Of a DNA stretch of 64,000 bases, positions 46,483-55,745 are shown one piece after another. Origin of the DNA: Candidatus Gottesmanbacteria bacterium GW2011_GWA2_43_14 (GTDB lineage Bacteria > Patescibacteriota > Microgenomatia > 2-02-FULL-39-11); assembly GCA_000999095.1 (NCBI GenBank), contig LCFP01000012.1, forward strand, positions 68,140-132,139, read 5' to 3'. The position numbers and the translations under genes are program-made. Positions within the stretch are counted from its first letter, which is position 1; each line of letters opens with the position of its first letter. The notes beneath the pieces were generated by a model. That model was given only the letters and a program-made list of their open reading frames with translations. It was not told the origin of the DNA and ran no database searches.

Positions 46483-47421
46483 GTGCCCGGGCAGAATCGA
46501 ATGAATGAGATTTTTTTGCCATTCGCTTTTTTCCGGGGAAAAATAATTCCGGCGGAATTGGCAAAGGTTTCCATCATGACCAATGCCCTGCAGTACGGTA
46601 CGGGAGTCTTCGGCGGCATCCGCGGCTACCAGGCAAACAATAAAAAAACTTTTCATCTCTTCCGTTTGTCCGATCATTATCAGCGTTTTTTAAGCAGCTT
46701 AAAAATTCTGAATGCGAAAATTCCCTACAACCGGGAAAAATTAGTCGGGCTGACACTGGAGCTGGCCGCCAGGAACAATTCCAAAACTGATTTTTACATC
46801 AGGCCATTGGCTTATGCTTCAAATTACGAACTCTCTCCTGATTTGTCGCTTTTAACTTTCGACTTTGCCATATATATGATTCCTTTAGGAGAATATCTGC
46901 CCATCCACAAAGGTTTAAAGATTGCCGTCTCAAGCTGGATGCGGATCAACGACAATATGATACCGTCCAGGGCTAAAATAACCGGAGGCTATATCAATTC
47001 TGCCCTGGCCAAAGGCGATGCCGCCCGGATGGGATTTGACGATGCCCTGTTGCTGACATCGGACGGTCATATAGCCGAAGGGTCCGCGGCCAATTTCTTT
47101 ATCGTCAGGGACGGCGTTCTGATCACCTCTCCCCGTAATGCCGATGTTTTGGAAGGCATAACCCGCAGGACCATCCTTCAGCTGGCGCAGGATCTGGGCA
47201 TTCCCACTCAGGAAAGGATGATTGACCGGACCGAGTGTTACATTGCCGATGAGGCTTTTCTGTCGGGGACAGGCGCCCAGCTGGCCTGGATTGCCGAAAT
47301 AGACGGACGGATAATCGGAAACGGAAAAATAGGCGAGATATCAGCCCGGCTGCAGAAACTTTTTTTCTCAATCGTCCGGGGTAACGAGCGGAAATACACC
47401 TCCTGGCTGACTAAGGTTTAG
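46483..47421 (+). CDS. ilvE: branched-chain amino acid aminotransferase (class IV)
   Basis: QYGTGVFGGIRGY ... catalytic region. 312 aa. Last gene of the + strand ilv operon. Confidence 0.85.
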   Translation: MPGQNRMNEIFLPFAFFRGKIIPAELAKVSIMTNALQYGTGVFGGIRGYQANNKKTFHLFRLSDHYQRFLSSLKILNAKIPYNREKLVGLTLELAARNNSKTDFYIRPLAYASNYELSPDLSLLTFDFAIYMIPLGEYLPIHKGLKIAVSSWMRINDNMIPSRAKITGGYINSALAKGDAARMGFDDALLLTSDGHIAEGSAANFFIVRDGVLITSPRNADVLEGITRRTILQLAQDLGIPTQERMIDRTECYIADEAFLSGTGAQLAWIAEIDGRIIGNGKIGEISARLQKLFFSIVRGNERKYTSWLTKV

Positions 47422-47430
47422 TTTCAAGGC

Positions 47431-47467
47431 TACACCCTCGAGGTGTTACAAGGCTACACCTATTGAA
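47431..47467. repeat. REP-like palindromic element GGCTACACC-CTCGAG-GTGT-TACAAGGCTACACC-TATT at the convergent ilvE/leuB junction
   Basis: ACACC / GGTGT / ACACC arms allow alternative hairpins. A near-identical copy sits at 58745-58781, also between convergent genes. Confidence 0.55.
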
Positions 47468-48553
47468 TTAATTGAAAATATATACCGAAATTTTGTTGCC
47501 GGTTTCTCCGGTGCCTAAGATTTTGGACCTATGTGTATTTTTATCAGCGATATCCATAGTCCTGAAACCGTCTGAAATGAATTTTTCCACGGCACCTTCA
47601 ATCGCCGACGCTTCTTTTTGCAAATGAAATGAAATTTTCAGCATCATGGCATCAGACAGGATAGCGCCTATCGGATTGGCAATGTTTTTACCGGCAGCCC
47701 TGTTGAATGCACCGTGGATCGGTTCGTAAAGGGCATATTCATCTCCGATTGAAGCGGAAGGCAATAGGCCGATTGAGCCGGCTATGACAGAGGCTTCGTC
47801 TGTCAGAATATCGCCGAACATGTTTTCCGTCAGGATTACGTCAAAATCAGCCGGCCTTTTGATAATCTGCATGGCCGCGTTATCGACAAACAGATGGGTT
47901 AAGACAACGGCCGGATATTTAACCGCAACCTCGCCAACCGTTTTCCGCCAAAGCCTGGACGTTTCCAAAACATTGGCTTTATCAACAGAGGTGACTTTTT
48001 TCTTTCGCCTCATGGCGAGATCAAAAGCGATCTTGGCTGCCCTTTCGATTTCGGATTTCATATATACAGAAGTATCGATTGCCGTTGTGCCTCCGTCTTT
48101 CCGTTTCCTCGGCTCCCCGAAATAAATTCCTCCGGTCAGCTCCCTGACAACCAGCAAATCAACGTGTTTTATTCTGTCGTTTTTTAAAGGAGATAAATCC
48201 ATAAGATCGGGGTAGACTTTCACCGGACGCAGGTTTGCAAATAGATTTAAAGATTTTCTCAATTTCAAAAGTCCCTGTTCCGGCCGGATTTTGGCTCCGG
48301 GGTTATTATCAAACATCGGATCACCGACAGCGCCGAACAATACGGCATCGGACCTCCGGCAAAGTTCCAGAGTTTCCTCAGGCAGCGGGTTTTTGGTTTT
48401 AACGATGGCAGCTGCTCCGATTAATCCTTCTTTGAAAACAAAATCATGTCCGTATTTTTCAGAAACAGTTTCCAGTACTTTGACCGACTGGGCAGTAACT
48501 TCCGGCCCGACTCCGTCACCGGGCAAGACGGCAATTTTATAGGTTTTTTTCAT
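47468..48553 (-). CDS. leuB: 3-isopropylmalate dehydrogenase
   Basis: MKKTYKIAVLPGDGVGPEV and conserved IMDH core. 361 aa. Confidence 0.9.
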   Translation of the reverse strand: MKKTYKIAVLPGDGVGPEVTAQSVKVLETVSEKYGHDFVFKEGLIGAAAIVKTKNPLPEETLELCRRSDAVLFGAVGDPMFDNNPGAKIRPEQGLLKLRKSLNLFANLRPVKVYPDLMDLSPLKNDRIKHVDLLVVRELTGGIYFGEPRKRKDGGTTAIDTSVYMKSEIERAAKIAFDLAMRRKKKVTSVDKANVLETSRLWRKTVGEVAVKYPAVVLTHLFVDNAAMQIIKRPADFDVILTENMFGDILTDEASVIAGSIGLLPSASIGDEYALYEPIHGAFNRAAGKNIANPIGAILSDAMMLKISFHLQKEASAIEGAVEKFISDGFRTMDIADKNTHRSKILGTGETGNKISVYIFN

Positions 48554-49121
48554 AAGTATTTATTTCCTCCTCATGTGACAAGATGTATCCGAGTTCATCC
48601 GTGCCTGACAGGAGGCAGTACTTGCGGAAAGCATCAATCTCAAAATTGAATTTTATTTTTATTTCAGGAATTTTCACTTCCTGTTTTTTTAATTCAACGT
48701 TAATTTGACAGTCAGGCCGTGTTTTTACAATCTTCATGAACCTGCTTATTTCCATGTCATTTAACTTGATGCATAAGAGCCCGTTTTTAAGAGAATTATT
48801 GTAAAAAATATCTCCGAAGGTGGAGGAAATGATTACTTTGAATCCGAAATCAGTTAAAGCCCAGACCGCATGTTCGCGGCTGGAGCCGCTGCCGAAGTTT
48901 TTGCCGGCCGCCAGAATTTTGGCTCCTTTTGTTTTTTTCTCATTGAAAATATGCTTTTTAAATTTGCCGCCGGTTTCATACCGCCAGTTATAGAAAAGAT
49001 ATTTGCCCAAGCCGGTCCTTACGGTTGTTTTCAAAAATACAGCCGGAATGATCTGGTCGGTGTCGATATTTTCGGTCTCGACAACTATTGCCGTTGAAAT
49101 AATTTTGGAAAAAGATTTCAT
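48537..49121 (-). CDS. leuD: 3-isopropylmalate dehydratase small subunit
   Basis: 194 aa aconitase swivel domain (NIDTDQIIP ... GKNFGSGSSREHA). Confidence 0.85.
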   Translation of the reverse strand: MKSFSKIISTAIVVETENIDTDQIIPAVFLKTTVRTGLGKYLFYNWRYETGGKFKKHIFNEKKTKGAKILAAGKNFGSGSSREHAVWALTDFGFKVIISSTFGDIFYNNSLKNGLLCIKLNDMEISRFMKIVKTRPDCQINVELKKQEVKIPEIKIKFNFEIDAFRKYCLLSGTDELGYILSHEEEINTYEKNL

Positions 49122-50518
49122 AAATAATTCCTGGGGTCGGCAATCCTGCCTTCAAGTGCCGAAACAGCCGCTGTCAGGGGACTGGCCAGAAAAGTCCTCG
49201 CCCCCGGCCCCTGCCTGCCTTCGTAATTGCGGTTGGAAGTCGAAACGCAATATTTGCCGGCAGGAATCCGGTCGCTGTTCATGGCTATGCAGGCGGAGCA
49301 GCCGGACCACCGCCACTGGAAACCGGCATCGGTAAAAATCCGGTCCAATCCTTCTCTTTCCGCTGCCAGTTTTACCTGACGGGAACCGGGAACAACCAGG
49401 GCCGTCACCTCCGGGCTGACTTTTTTGCCTTTGATGATTGCGGCTGCCTCCCGCAGGTCTGATATCCGGGCATTGGTGCAGCTGCCGATGAATATATAAT
49501 CGATGGGGAAGCCTTCCAATTTACCCGACGGCTTAAGGTTCATATAGCTCAGCGCTTTTTCCATCGATTTCCTGCGGCTTTCCGATTTCTCGTTTTTAGG
49601 ATCGGGTATTTCCCCGTTAATTTTTATGGCGGAAGCCGGATCCGTACCCCAGGTAACCAGAGGGGTGATTTTGTTTGCTTCAAATTTTAGCGATTTGGCA
49701 AATTTCGCTCCCTTGTCAGTTTTCAATTTCTTCCATTGCCGGACTTTCTCGTCAAATTTTTGACCATTGGGAACAAATTTCTTGCCTTTCAGATAACTGA
49801 AAGTTATTTCGTCAGGTGCGATCAGTCCCGCCCGGGAGCCTGCTTCTATCGACATGTTGCAGATTGTCATTCTTTGCTCCATGGTAAGATTTCTGATTAA
49901 ACTTCCGGTATATTCGATAAAAAATCCCGCGCCTCCGCCCGTTCCGATTCCGGCCAGGATTGTCAGGATGATGTCTTTGGCAGTGACTCCCTTGCCGATA
50001 TCGCCTTCAACGGCTATTTCCATCGACTGCATGAGTTTGGCCAAGATGCATTGTGTCGCCAGTACCTGTTCTATCTCGGTCGTGCCGATGCCGAAAGCCA
50101 GGGCGCCGAATGCGCCGTGTGTTGAGGTATGGGAATCTCCGCAGACGATAGTTTGACCCGGCTGGACAAAACCGAGCTCAGGCGCCATCACATGGACGAT
50201 TCCCTGGTAAGCGGAATCAAGCCCGTAGAGCCTGATGCCGAAATCACGGCAGTTCTTAATTAAAGTCTCTACCTGAAGTTTGGACAGGGGATCGGCAATG
50301 ACGGTCTGGTTGTCAGTTGGTACGTTATGGTCGCAGGTGGCGATGGTTTTGTCCGTCCGGCGGACTCTTAAGCCTTTTAGGCGAAGATTGGCAAAAGCCT
50401 GCGGGGTGGTCACCTCATGCAGGATATGGCCGTCGATGTAAAGGATTGAAGGCCCGTTTTTTTCCCGGTGGACAATATGTTTTTCCCAGATTTTTTCAGC
50501 CAGAGTTTTTTTCGTCAT
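49118..50518 (-). CDS. leuC: 3-isopropylmalate dehydratase large subunit
   Basis: Aconitase-family motifs (VCGDSHTSTHGAFGALAFGIG ... GSCTNARISDL). Likely start MTKKTLAEKIWEKH at 50518; the track ORF extends to 50605. Confidence 0.9.
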   Translation of the reverse strand: MTKKTLAEKIWEKHIVHREKNGPSILYIDGHILHEVTTPQAFANLRLKGLRVRRTDKTIATCDHNVPTDNQTVIADPLSKLQVETLIKNCRDFGIRLYGLDSAYQGIVHVMAPELGFVQPGQTIVCGDSHTSTHGAFGALAFGIGTTEIEQVLATQCILAKLMQSMEIAVEGDIGKGVTAKDIILTILAGIGTGGGAGFFIEYTGSLIRNLTMEQRMTICNMSIEAGSRAGLIAPDEITFSYLKGKKFVPNGQKFDEKVRQWKKLKTDKGAKFAKSLKFEANKITPLVTWGTDPASAIKINGEIPDPKNEKSESRRKSMEKALSYMNLKPSGKLEGFPIDYIFIGSCTNARISDLREAAAIIKGKKVSPEVTALVVPGSRQVKLAAEREGLDRIFTDAGFQWRWSGCSACIAMNSDRIPAGKYCVSTSNRNYEGRQGPGARTFLASPLTAAVSALEGRIADPRNYL

Positions 50519-50520
50519 GT

Positions 50521-52032
50521 TTATTTTGCGGAAAGATGATTTATGGCATCGATATAAGCCAGGCAGGCAGCCATGACGGTATCGGTGTGGACTGCCGTGC
50601 CCCAACAGAGATTCTTGTTCGATTCCAGGGCGATGTTTACCCGCGCCTGGGCATCGGAACCGCCGGTGGCAGCCTGGATTAAAAATTCCTTCAACGGATA
50701 TTTTTTACCCAGGCTTTTATCGATCGCATTGAAGATGGCATCTATTGCTCCGTTCCCCAGAGCTTCGGCTGATTTTATTTTTCCGCCAACCAGCAATTTA
50801 ATGTCTGCCCGCGGTTTTATATGGCTGCCGGAAATAATTTTCAAATCAGAAAGCCTTATTTTTTTAGTTTGCCCGTTTGACCCGTTGCTGCCAAAAATAG
50901 TCAGCAGGTCTTCGTCGTAGATTTCTTTTTTGGCATCTGCAAGCTGCAAGAATTTTGCGTAGAGTTTATCAAGTTCTTCCGGAGAAATCCTGATGTTCAT
51001 TTTTTCCAGTTTATGTCTGACCGCTGCCCGGCCGCTTCTGGCGGTCAGGATAATCTGCGACAGGCCTGCGCCGACAATTTTCGGATCAATGATCTCATAA
51101 TTTTCCCTGTGTTTGAGAATGCCGTCCTGGTGGATGCCTGATGAATGGGCAAAAGCATTTGATCCGACGATGGCTTTGTTCGGCGCCACGGGAATGCCCA
51201 TGATGTGGGAAACCATCCGGGAAGTATTTATTATTTGCCGGGTTTTGACTTTGGTCGAAAAATTCTGAAAATTTTTCCTGGTATAAAGAGCCATGACGAT
51301 TTCTTCCAGGGAAGTGTTGCCGGCCCGCTCGCCTATGCCGTTGACGGTCACTTCCGCCTGCCGGGCGCCGTTTTCGATGCCTGCTAAAGTATTGGCGGTA
51401 GCCAAGCCCAGATCATCATGGCAGTGGACGCTGATGACAGCCTTGCCGATATTCGGTACGTTTTCTTTCAGGTATTTGATTTTTCGGCCGAATTCTTCCG
51501 GGAAACAGTAGCCGGTGGTATCGGGGATGTTGACGACGGTCGCGCCGGCGTGTATTACGGCGGTAATCAGTTTGGCCAGAAATTCCAAATCAGCCCGGCC
51601 TGCGTCCTCGGCGTAAAACTCGACGTCGTGCACGAATTTTTTGGCGTACTTAACGGCTTCGACTCCCTTTATCAGGATTTTTTCCCTGGTCGATTTGAAC
51701 TTATATTTGATATGGACATCGGATGCTCCTATGCCGGTATGGATTCTGGGACGTTTGGCATGCTGCAAAGCTTCAGCCGCCGCGTCGATATCCTCTTTGA
51801 CAGCCCTGGTCAGTCCGCAGACAACCGTTTTTTTGATCACCCTTGAGATCTGGTCGACTGAGCGGAAATCACCCGGGCTTGAGACGGGGAAGCCGGCCTC
51901 GATTGTGTCCACCCCCAGATTTTCCAGCTGCAGGGCCAGTTGGATTTTCCGGTTGGTGTCCAGTTTCGCCCCGGGCGACTGTTCTCCGTCGCGCAGAGTC
52001 GTATCGAAAATATGGATTTTTTGTCTGCTCAT
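50521..52032 (-). CDS. leuA: 2-isopropylmalate synthase
   Basis: [31 protein letters not shown], and C-terminal LeuA_dimer regulatory domain ([16 protein letters not shown] ...). Confidence 0.9.
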   Translation of the reverse strand: MSRQKIHIFDTTLRDGEQSPGAKLDTNRKIQLALQLENLGVDTIEAGFPVSSPGDFRSVDQISRVIKKTVVCGLTRAVKEDIDAAAEALQHAKRPRIHTGIGASDVHIKYKFKSTREKILIKGVEAVKYAKKFVHDVEFYAEDAGRADLEFLAKLITAVIHAGATVVNIPDTTGYCFPEEFGRKIKYLKENVPNIGKAVISVHCHDDLGLATANTLAGIENGARQAEVTVNGIGERAGNTSLEEIVMALYTRKNFQNFSTKVKTRQIINTSRMVSHIMGIPVAPNKAIVGSNAFAHSSGIHQDGILKHRENYEIIDPKIVGAGLSQIILTARSGRAAVRHKLEKMNIRISPEELDKLYAKFLQLADAKKEIYDEDLLTIFGSNGSNGQTKKIRLSDLKIISGSHIKPRADIKLLVGGKIKSAEALGNGAIDAIFNAIDKSLGKKYPLKEFLIQAATGGSDAQARVNIALESNKNLCWGTAVHTDTVMAACLAYIDAINHLSAK

Positions 52033-52037
52033 CCGAT

Positions 52038-52376
52038 TCAGTCTCCTTTGGTGTTTACTTTTTTAGGTTCCAAAAGCAAAACGACTGCTCTTTTTTCAGC
52101 TTTCGGACAGTGTTTGACGCCCTTCGGTACGACATATCCTTCACCTGACGACAATTCCACGTTTCCGTTTTCGGTTTGAATGGTAATTTTCCCTTTATAA
52201 ATCAGGAAAAATTCGTCATCATCGTGTTTATGCCAATGAAATTCTCCCTTGACCGCGACAGCCCTTAAGACCCAGTCATTGATATAGGCGACATCGACAG
52301 GAGACCAGTAAGTGTCTCCGAGCTTTTTATCTACCTGGGCAAGATTGTATTTTTCGGCCATTTTATTAACATTCAT
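52038..52376 (-). CDS. cupin-domain protein (first gene of the leu operon)
   Basis: [17 protein letters not shown] ... [12 protein letters not shown] (cupin_2 His/Glu pattern). SD AGGAAAGGAG upstream. Only 5 nt precede leuA. Confidence 0.6.
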   Translation of the reverse strand: MNVNKMAEKYNLAQVDKKLGDTYWSPVDVAYINDWVLRAVAVKGEFHWHKHDDDEFFLIYKGKITIQTENGNVELSSGEGYVVPKGVKHCPKAEKRAVVLLLEPKKVNTKGD

Positions 52377-52405
52377 AAAACTCCTTTCCTGCCGTTTTGC
52401 GGCAT

Positions 52406-52430
52406 AAAAAAACCTCTCCTGTTTGGAGAG
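52406..52430 (-). terminator. attenuator terminator of the leu operon (CTCTCC-AAACAG-GAGAGG plus 7 T, on the - strand)
   Basis: Lies about 30 nt upstream of the cupin start. The 5' arm TCTCTCC can alternatively pair with GGGGAGA 20 nt upstream. Nearly identical to the ilv attenuator hairpin. Confidence 0.6.
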
Positions 52431-52469
52431 ATTTAAAATTTATTAAAAAGGATTTTCTCCCCAAACCGC

Positions 52470-52544
52470 TCAGACCTTCAAAAGAAGGCTAAGATCAGGG
52501 TTAAGGAGAGAAATTCCGGTCATGTTTGATTTTATTTTACTCAT
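52470..52544 (-). CDS. leuL: leu operon leader peptide (24 aa: MSKIKSNMTGISLLNPDLSLLLKV)
   Basis: Small - strand ORF in the leu leader with seven Leu codons, including a CTT AGC CTT CTT TTG run. The coding segment GGAATTTCTCTCC is complementary (12/13) to downstream GGGGAGAAAATCC. Confidence 0.55.
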   Translation of the reverse strand: MSKIKSNMTGISLLNPDLSLLLKV

Positions 52545-52574
52545 TCCGCTATTTTCTGTCAATTCCGGTCCGAT

Positions 52575-52601
52575 AAAAAAGGACCGGACAGGTCCTTTTT
52601 T
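52575..52601 (-). terminator. bidirectional-looking intrinsic terminator (AAAAAA-GGACCGGACAGGTCC-TTTTTT) ending the upstream - strand operon
   Basis: Perfect 5-bp stem with flanking A and T runs, just downstream of the stop of 52623..53333 (-). Confidence 0.6.
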
Positions 52602-52622
52602 ATTTTTAAAGATAATTGGTGT

Positions 52623-53333
52623 TTAATTCACGTCAGTTGACACTTCGTAAAACCTGAGCTGAAGCAACTTCAGTCCCTGGTTATCATAGCTCCAGAAATA
52701 ATCCTGAAGCGCGTCATTGAACAGATTATACCTCTCAGTCTGACCGTCACCGTCAAGATCGACATAGATATAAAGCAGTTCCTTGCTGACATTGGTAAAG
52801 GCACTCTTTCCTTTTGTCCTCACTTGGACTGATGTGTAGACCGAGCACCATTCTTCACCCGTTAAAGGATCGGTGGCGCAGGTTGTCATCGTTGATTTAC
52901 CGCCCGGTTTACCCAAAGCTCTGGCATAGACAGAATATTTGGTAATACCGTCATTTTCCGGATCCGGATTGGGCAGTTGAAAAGAAGACTGTCCGTTATC
53001 GGTACAGTTTCCGTCAAGCACCTGGAATTCTCCCATGCTTAAATTTATCTTGCAGTTTCCTTCGAGAGGAACGAATATCCTGTGTCCGCTTGAGCCTGTC
53101 ATACTGGCAGTTTTATTTTTAGGCACACCGATAATATTCAAATTATAGTGGGTGCCGGAGGGCGCGCTGTTGCCTGTTAAGCCAGGCTTGGCTGCCCTGC
53201 CTCTGGTTGAAGTCGAACCATACTGGACTCCCCATAGGACCATAAATACGACTACAGTCAGGAAAAAGATGACCATTAAAGGTGATAAAACGATTTTTAA
53301 ATCTTTATGTATTTTTTTTCTCGCCTTCGGCAT
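52623..53333 (-). CDS. hypothetical N-terminally membrane-anchored extracytoplasmic protein
   Basis: N-terminal TM LSPLMVIFFLTVVVFMVLWGV. Cys-containing, Gly/Asp-rich extracellular part. No family recognised. Confidence 0.45.
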   Translation of the reverse strand: MPKARKKIHKDLKIVLSPLMVIFFLTVVVFMVLWGVQYGSTSTRGRAAKPGLTGNSAPSGTHYNLNIIGVPKNKTASMTGSSGHRIFVPLEGNCKINLSMGEFQVLDGNCTDNGQSSFQLPNPDPENDGITKYSVYARALGKPGGKSTMTTCATDPLTGEEWCSVYTSVQVRTKGKSAFTNVSKELLYIYVDLDGDGQTERYNLFNDALQDYFWSYDNQGLKLLQLRFYEVSTDVN

Positions 53334-53397
53334 GTGATCACCCCCTTTTTATATCTGTATTTATCTTGCCCATAAAATGTCATAATTGTCAACCGTA

Positions 53398-53430
53398 TTT
53401 TCCTTTTTCCAAATCAAAACCCCTTCAATT
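53398..53430 (-). terminator. intrinsic terminator hairpin (CCCCTTCA ... TGAAGGGG) downstream of the small zinc-ribbon gene
   Basis: 8-bp GC-rich stem flanked by AAAA and TT; on the - strand a U-rich stretch follows. Confidence 0.5.
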
Positions 53431-53474
53431 TTTCAATGAAGGGGTTATGAGAAAAACATTTGAAAATTCCTTTT

Positions 53475-53615
53475 TTAGCCGCCGATCTTATACATGCCTG
53501 TTCCGCAGACCGGACACTTACCTTTCAGAGCGGGCTTGCCGTTCTTCATGGTAACTTTCTGGGCATTGGGATCATCTCTTTTGGCGCGGCATTTAACGCA
53601 ATACATTTCTGCCAT
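53475..53615 (-). CDS. small zinc-ribbon protein (46 aa: MAEMYCVKCRAKRDDPNAQKVTMKNGKPALKGKCPVCGTGMYKIGG)
   Basis: Not in the ORF track because it is under 60 aa. Two CxxC pairs (CVKC ... CPVC). Strong SD GGAGGTGAAG 6 nt before the ATG. Terminator downstream. Confidence 0.6.
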   Translation of the reverse strand: MAEMYCVKCRAKRDDPNAQKVTMKNGKPALKGKCPVCGTGMYKIGG

Positions 53616-53644
53616 TAAACTTCACCTCCTTTATTTGAGCCTAT

Positions 53645-53977
53645 TTAGCCTCGTAGCAAGTAATATAACACAACTTGAATTACCAAAGCAAAAACCGTGA
53701 ACAGAGAGATTTTAAGAAGGTCTTTTTTTACGTGGCTGTCGGCGCTCCCGGTGTTAATTGTCTGGGCTGTTCCAACAGTCTTTTCCTTTAATTCAGCCTT
53801 AACGGGTAAACTGATTTCAGGGGAAGGGATCGCCTCCCCAACTTGGGGCTTGACAGGTCCGGCCATTGAGATCTGGAATTGCGTCTGTCTGAGTTTTTCA
53901 GCTCTGAGTTTTTGCTTTTTGGTTTTCTTTGGCATTGAAGTGTCGGCGGGGTTTTGCTTTGGTTTCGAGCGTAGCAT
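53645..53977 (-). CDS. hypothetical Lys-rich protein with a C-terminal TM anchor
   Basis: 110 aa. Basic N-terminus and a C-terminal hydrophobic helix (ISLFTVFALVIQVVLYYLL). Directly upstream of the zinc-ribbon gene on the same strand. Confidence 0.35.
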   Translation of the reverse strand: MLRSKPKQNPADTSMPKKTKKQKLRAEKLRQTQFQISMAGPVKPQVGEAIPSPEISLPVKAELKEKTVGTAQTINTGSADSHVKKDLLKISLFTVFALVIQVVLYYLLRG

Positions 53978-54045
53978 ATTGACAGTAAGTTGTAAAGTCA
54001 GTACAATCTCGAATACATAGTTTACTCATTTGAATTCTTGAAAAT

Positions 54046-54516
54046 ATGGAGTCGGTATTGATCATTATACTGACGGGGATAATAGTTTATTTGGTTGTCC
54101 TGACTTATTATCTGAACCGATATAAAATTCTGATGAGTAAGCTGGTTCAGAATCCCGGTGGGGAAAATCTGGCTGACATTTTGAGATCCATTGTTTCAAA
54201 ATTGGATACTGACAGGGAAAATATAGACCAAATACGCAAAGAAATTTCCCGGCAGGCCCAGTTGAGTTTGAAGCATGTCCAAAAAGTCAGTCTATTGAGA
54301 TTCAACCCTTTTTCCGATACCGGCGGTGACCAGTCGTTTGTCATGGCTTTTCTCGATGCCGATGATAGCGGCATTGTTTTGACTTCACTGCACAACAGGG
54401 GTCAAAGCCGCTGGTATGCCAAAAGCATTGTTCACGGCAAGGGGCTCAGTCATGAACTGTCAAACGAAGAAATTAAAGCCATAAAAATTGCCCATGAAGG
54501 ACATGTTAAACATTAA
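54046..54516 (+). CDS. DUF4446-like protein with an N-terminal TM helix
   Basis: 156 aa. Conserved-looking core RFNPFSDTGGDQSFVMAFLDADDSGIVLTSLHNRGQSRWYAK. Confidence 0.4.
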   Translation: MESVLIIILTGIIVYLVVLTYYLNRYKILMSKLVQNPGGENLADILRSIVSKLDTDRENIDQIRKEISRQAQLSLKHVQKVSLLRFNPFSDTGGDQSFVMAFLDADDSGIVLTSLHNRGQSRWYAKSIVHGKGLSHELSNEEIKAIKIAHEGHVKH

Positions 54517-54532
54517 TTAAGGAGCTTCGACA

Positions 54533-55702
54533 ATGAAATTAAAAATGGTCAATATCATGATGGGACTGGGACTTTACCTCCTGTCAACAGGTATTTCTTT
54601 TGCCGCATTTAACCTGACGTCGCCGCCCTCATCCGATGTGACTTTCCCCCTTATCAACGTTTCTCCCGGACAAAAACCCAAATTCAAGGTCGATCCGTCT
54701 GTTCCCCGCGACCAGGAATGTCCTTTAAACGGAGTCATGTACACCAAGCAGGAAAGCGATATTTACGCCGGGAGGCGGCCTCTGGCTGTCATGATAGAAA
54801 ACAGCGCCGAATCGCGTCCGCAGTCAGGATTGTCCCGGGCCGATATTGTCTATGAAGCCATTGCCGAGGGTTGGATTACCAGAATGATGGGCATTTATTA
54901 CTGCAATACCCCTATGGAAAACATTATTTTTGCACCCGTCAGAAGCGCCAGAACATATTACGTCGATTGGGTGTCTGAATATGACGCTTTGTATAACCAT
55001 GTCGGCGGTGCCGGCCGCTGCAATGACGACACGGTTGACGACAGGGCCAAAGCTCTTTGCCAGATCGACCGCTTCGGCATCAAGGATTTGGACCAGTTCA
55101 GTATCGGTTATCCTGACTGTTACCGCAATCCCGACAGGCTTGACCATCCGGTAGCCACAGAACATACCATGGTCTGTTTCTCGGAAAACCTCTATAAAAT
55201 TGCCGAAAAACGGGGTTGGACGAATGTCGACGAGAGGGATATTCCCTGGGATAAGAATTTTCAAAGCTGGCAGTTCAAGGACGATGCCAAGGAAGCTGAC
55301 CGGGGAACAACCAATTCAATCAAAATAGTTTTCGCGAAAGGCTATGACAAATACGATGCCGGCTGGACGTTTGATCGGGCAAGCAACAGTTATAAGAGGT
55401 CAAGCGGCGGGCAAGTCCATCTCGATCTGGAAACCAAAGAGCAGATTACCGCTAAAAATGTAGTTGTCCAGGTTTCGGAAATAACCGGTCCGGTTGATGA
55501 CCACGCACATATTCTTTATGACACGATCGGTTCCGGTAAAGCTCTGGTTTTTTCGGATGGCAAGGTTATTAACGGCACCTGGACAAAAAAAAGCCGCATC
55601 GGCAGAACTGTCTTTTTTGACAGCGTCGGTAAGGAAATTTCCTTTACCAGGGGGCCGGTTTGGATTGAAGTCATACCGAGCGAACAACAGGTAACCTATT
55701 AA
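54533..55702 (+). CDS. DUF3048-domain secreted protein (YerB-like)
   Basis: Signal peptide, then RPLAVMIENSAESRPQSGLSRADIVYEAIAEGWITRMMGIYY, which is characteristic of DUF3048. Confidence 0.55.
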   Translation: MKLKMVNIMMGLGLYLLSTGISFAAFNLTSPPSSDVTFPLINVSPGQKPKFKVDPSVPRDQECPLNGVMYTKQESDIYAGRRPLAVMIENSAESRPQSGLSRADIVYEAIAEGWITRMMGIYYCNTPMENIIFAPVRSARTYYVDWVSEYDALYNHVGGAGRCNDDTVDDRAKALCQIDRFGIKDLDQFSIGYPDCYRNPDRLDHPVATEHTMVCFSENLYKIAEKRGWTNVDERDIPWDKNFQSWQFKDDAKEADRGTTNSIKIVFAKGYDKYDAGWTFDRASNSYKRSSGGQVHLDLETKEQITAKNVVVQVSEITGPVDDHAHILYDTIGSGKALVFSDGKVINGTWTKKSRIGRTVFFDSVGKEISFTRGPVWIEVIPSEQQVTY

Positions 55703-55745
55703 TAAAGTTATTCTGCCCGAAAGAAAAACCGGAAAGGGGAATAAC

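Noticed and set aside
52377-52573. Possible T-box riboswitch in the leu leader
   Set aside because: - No specifier-loop or stem I architecture.
- No T-box consensus (AGGGUGGNACCGCG) on either strand.
- The leader-peptide model explains the hairpins better.
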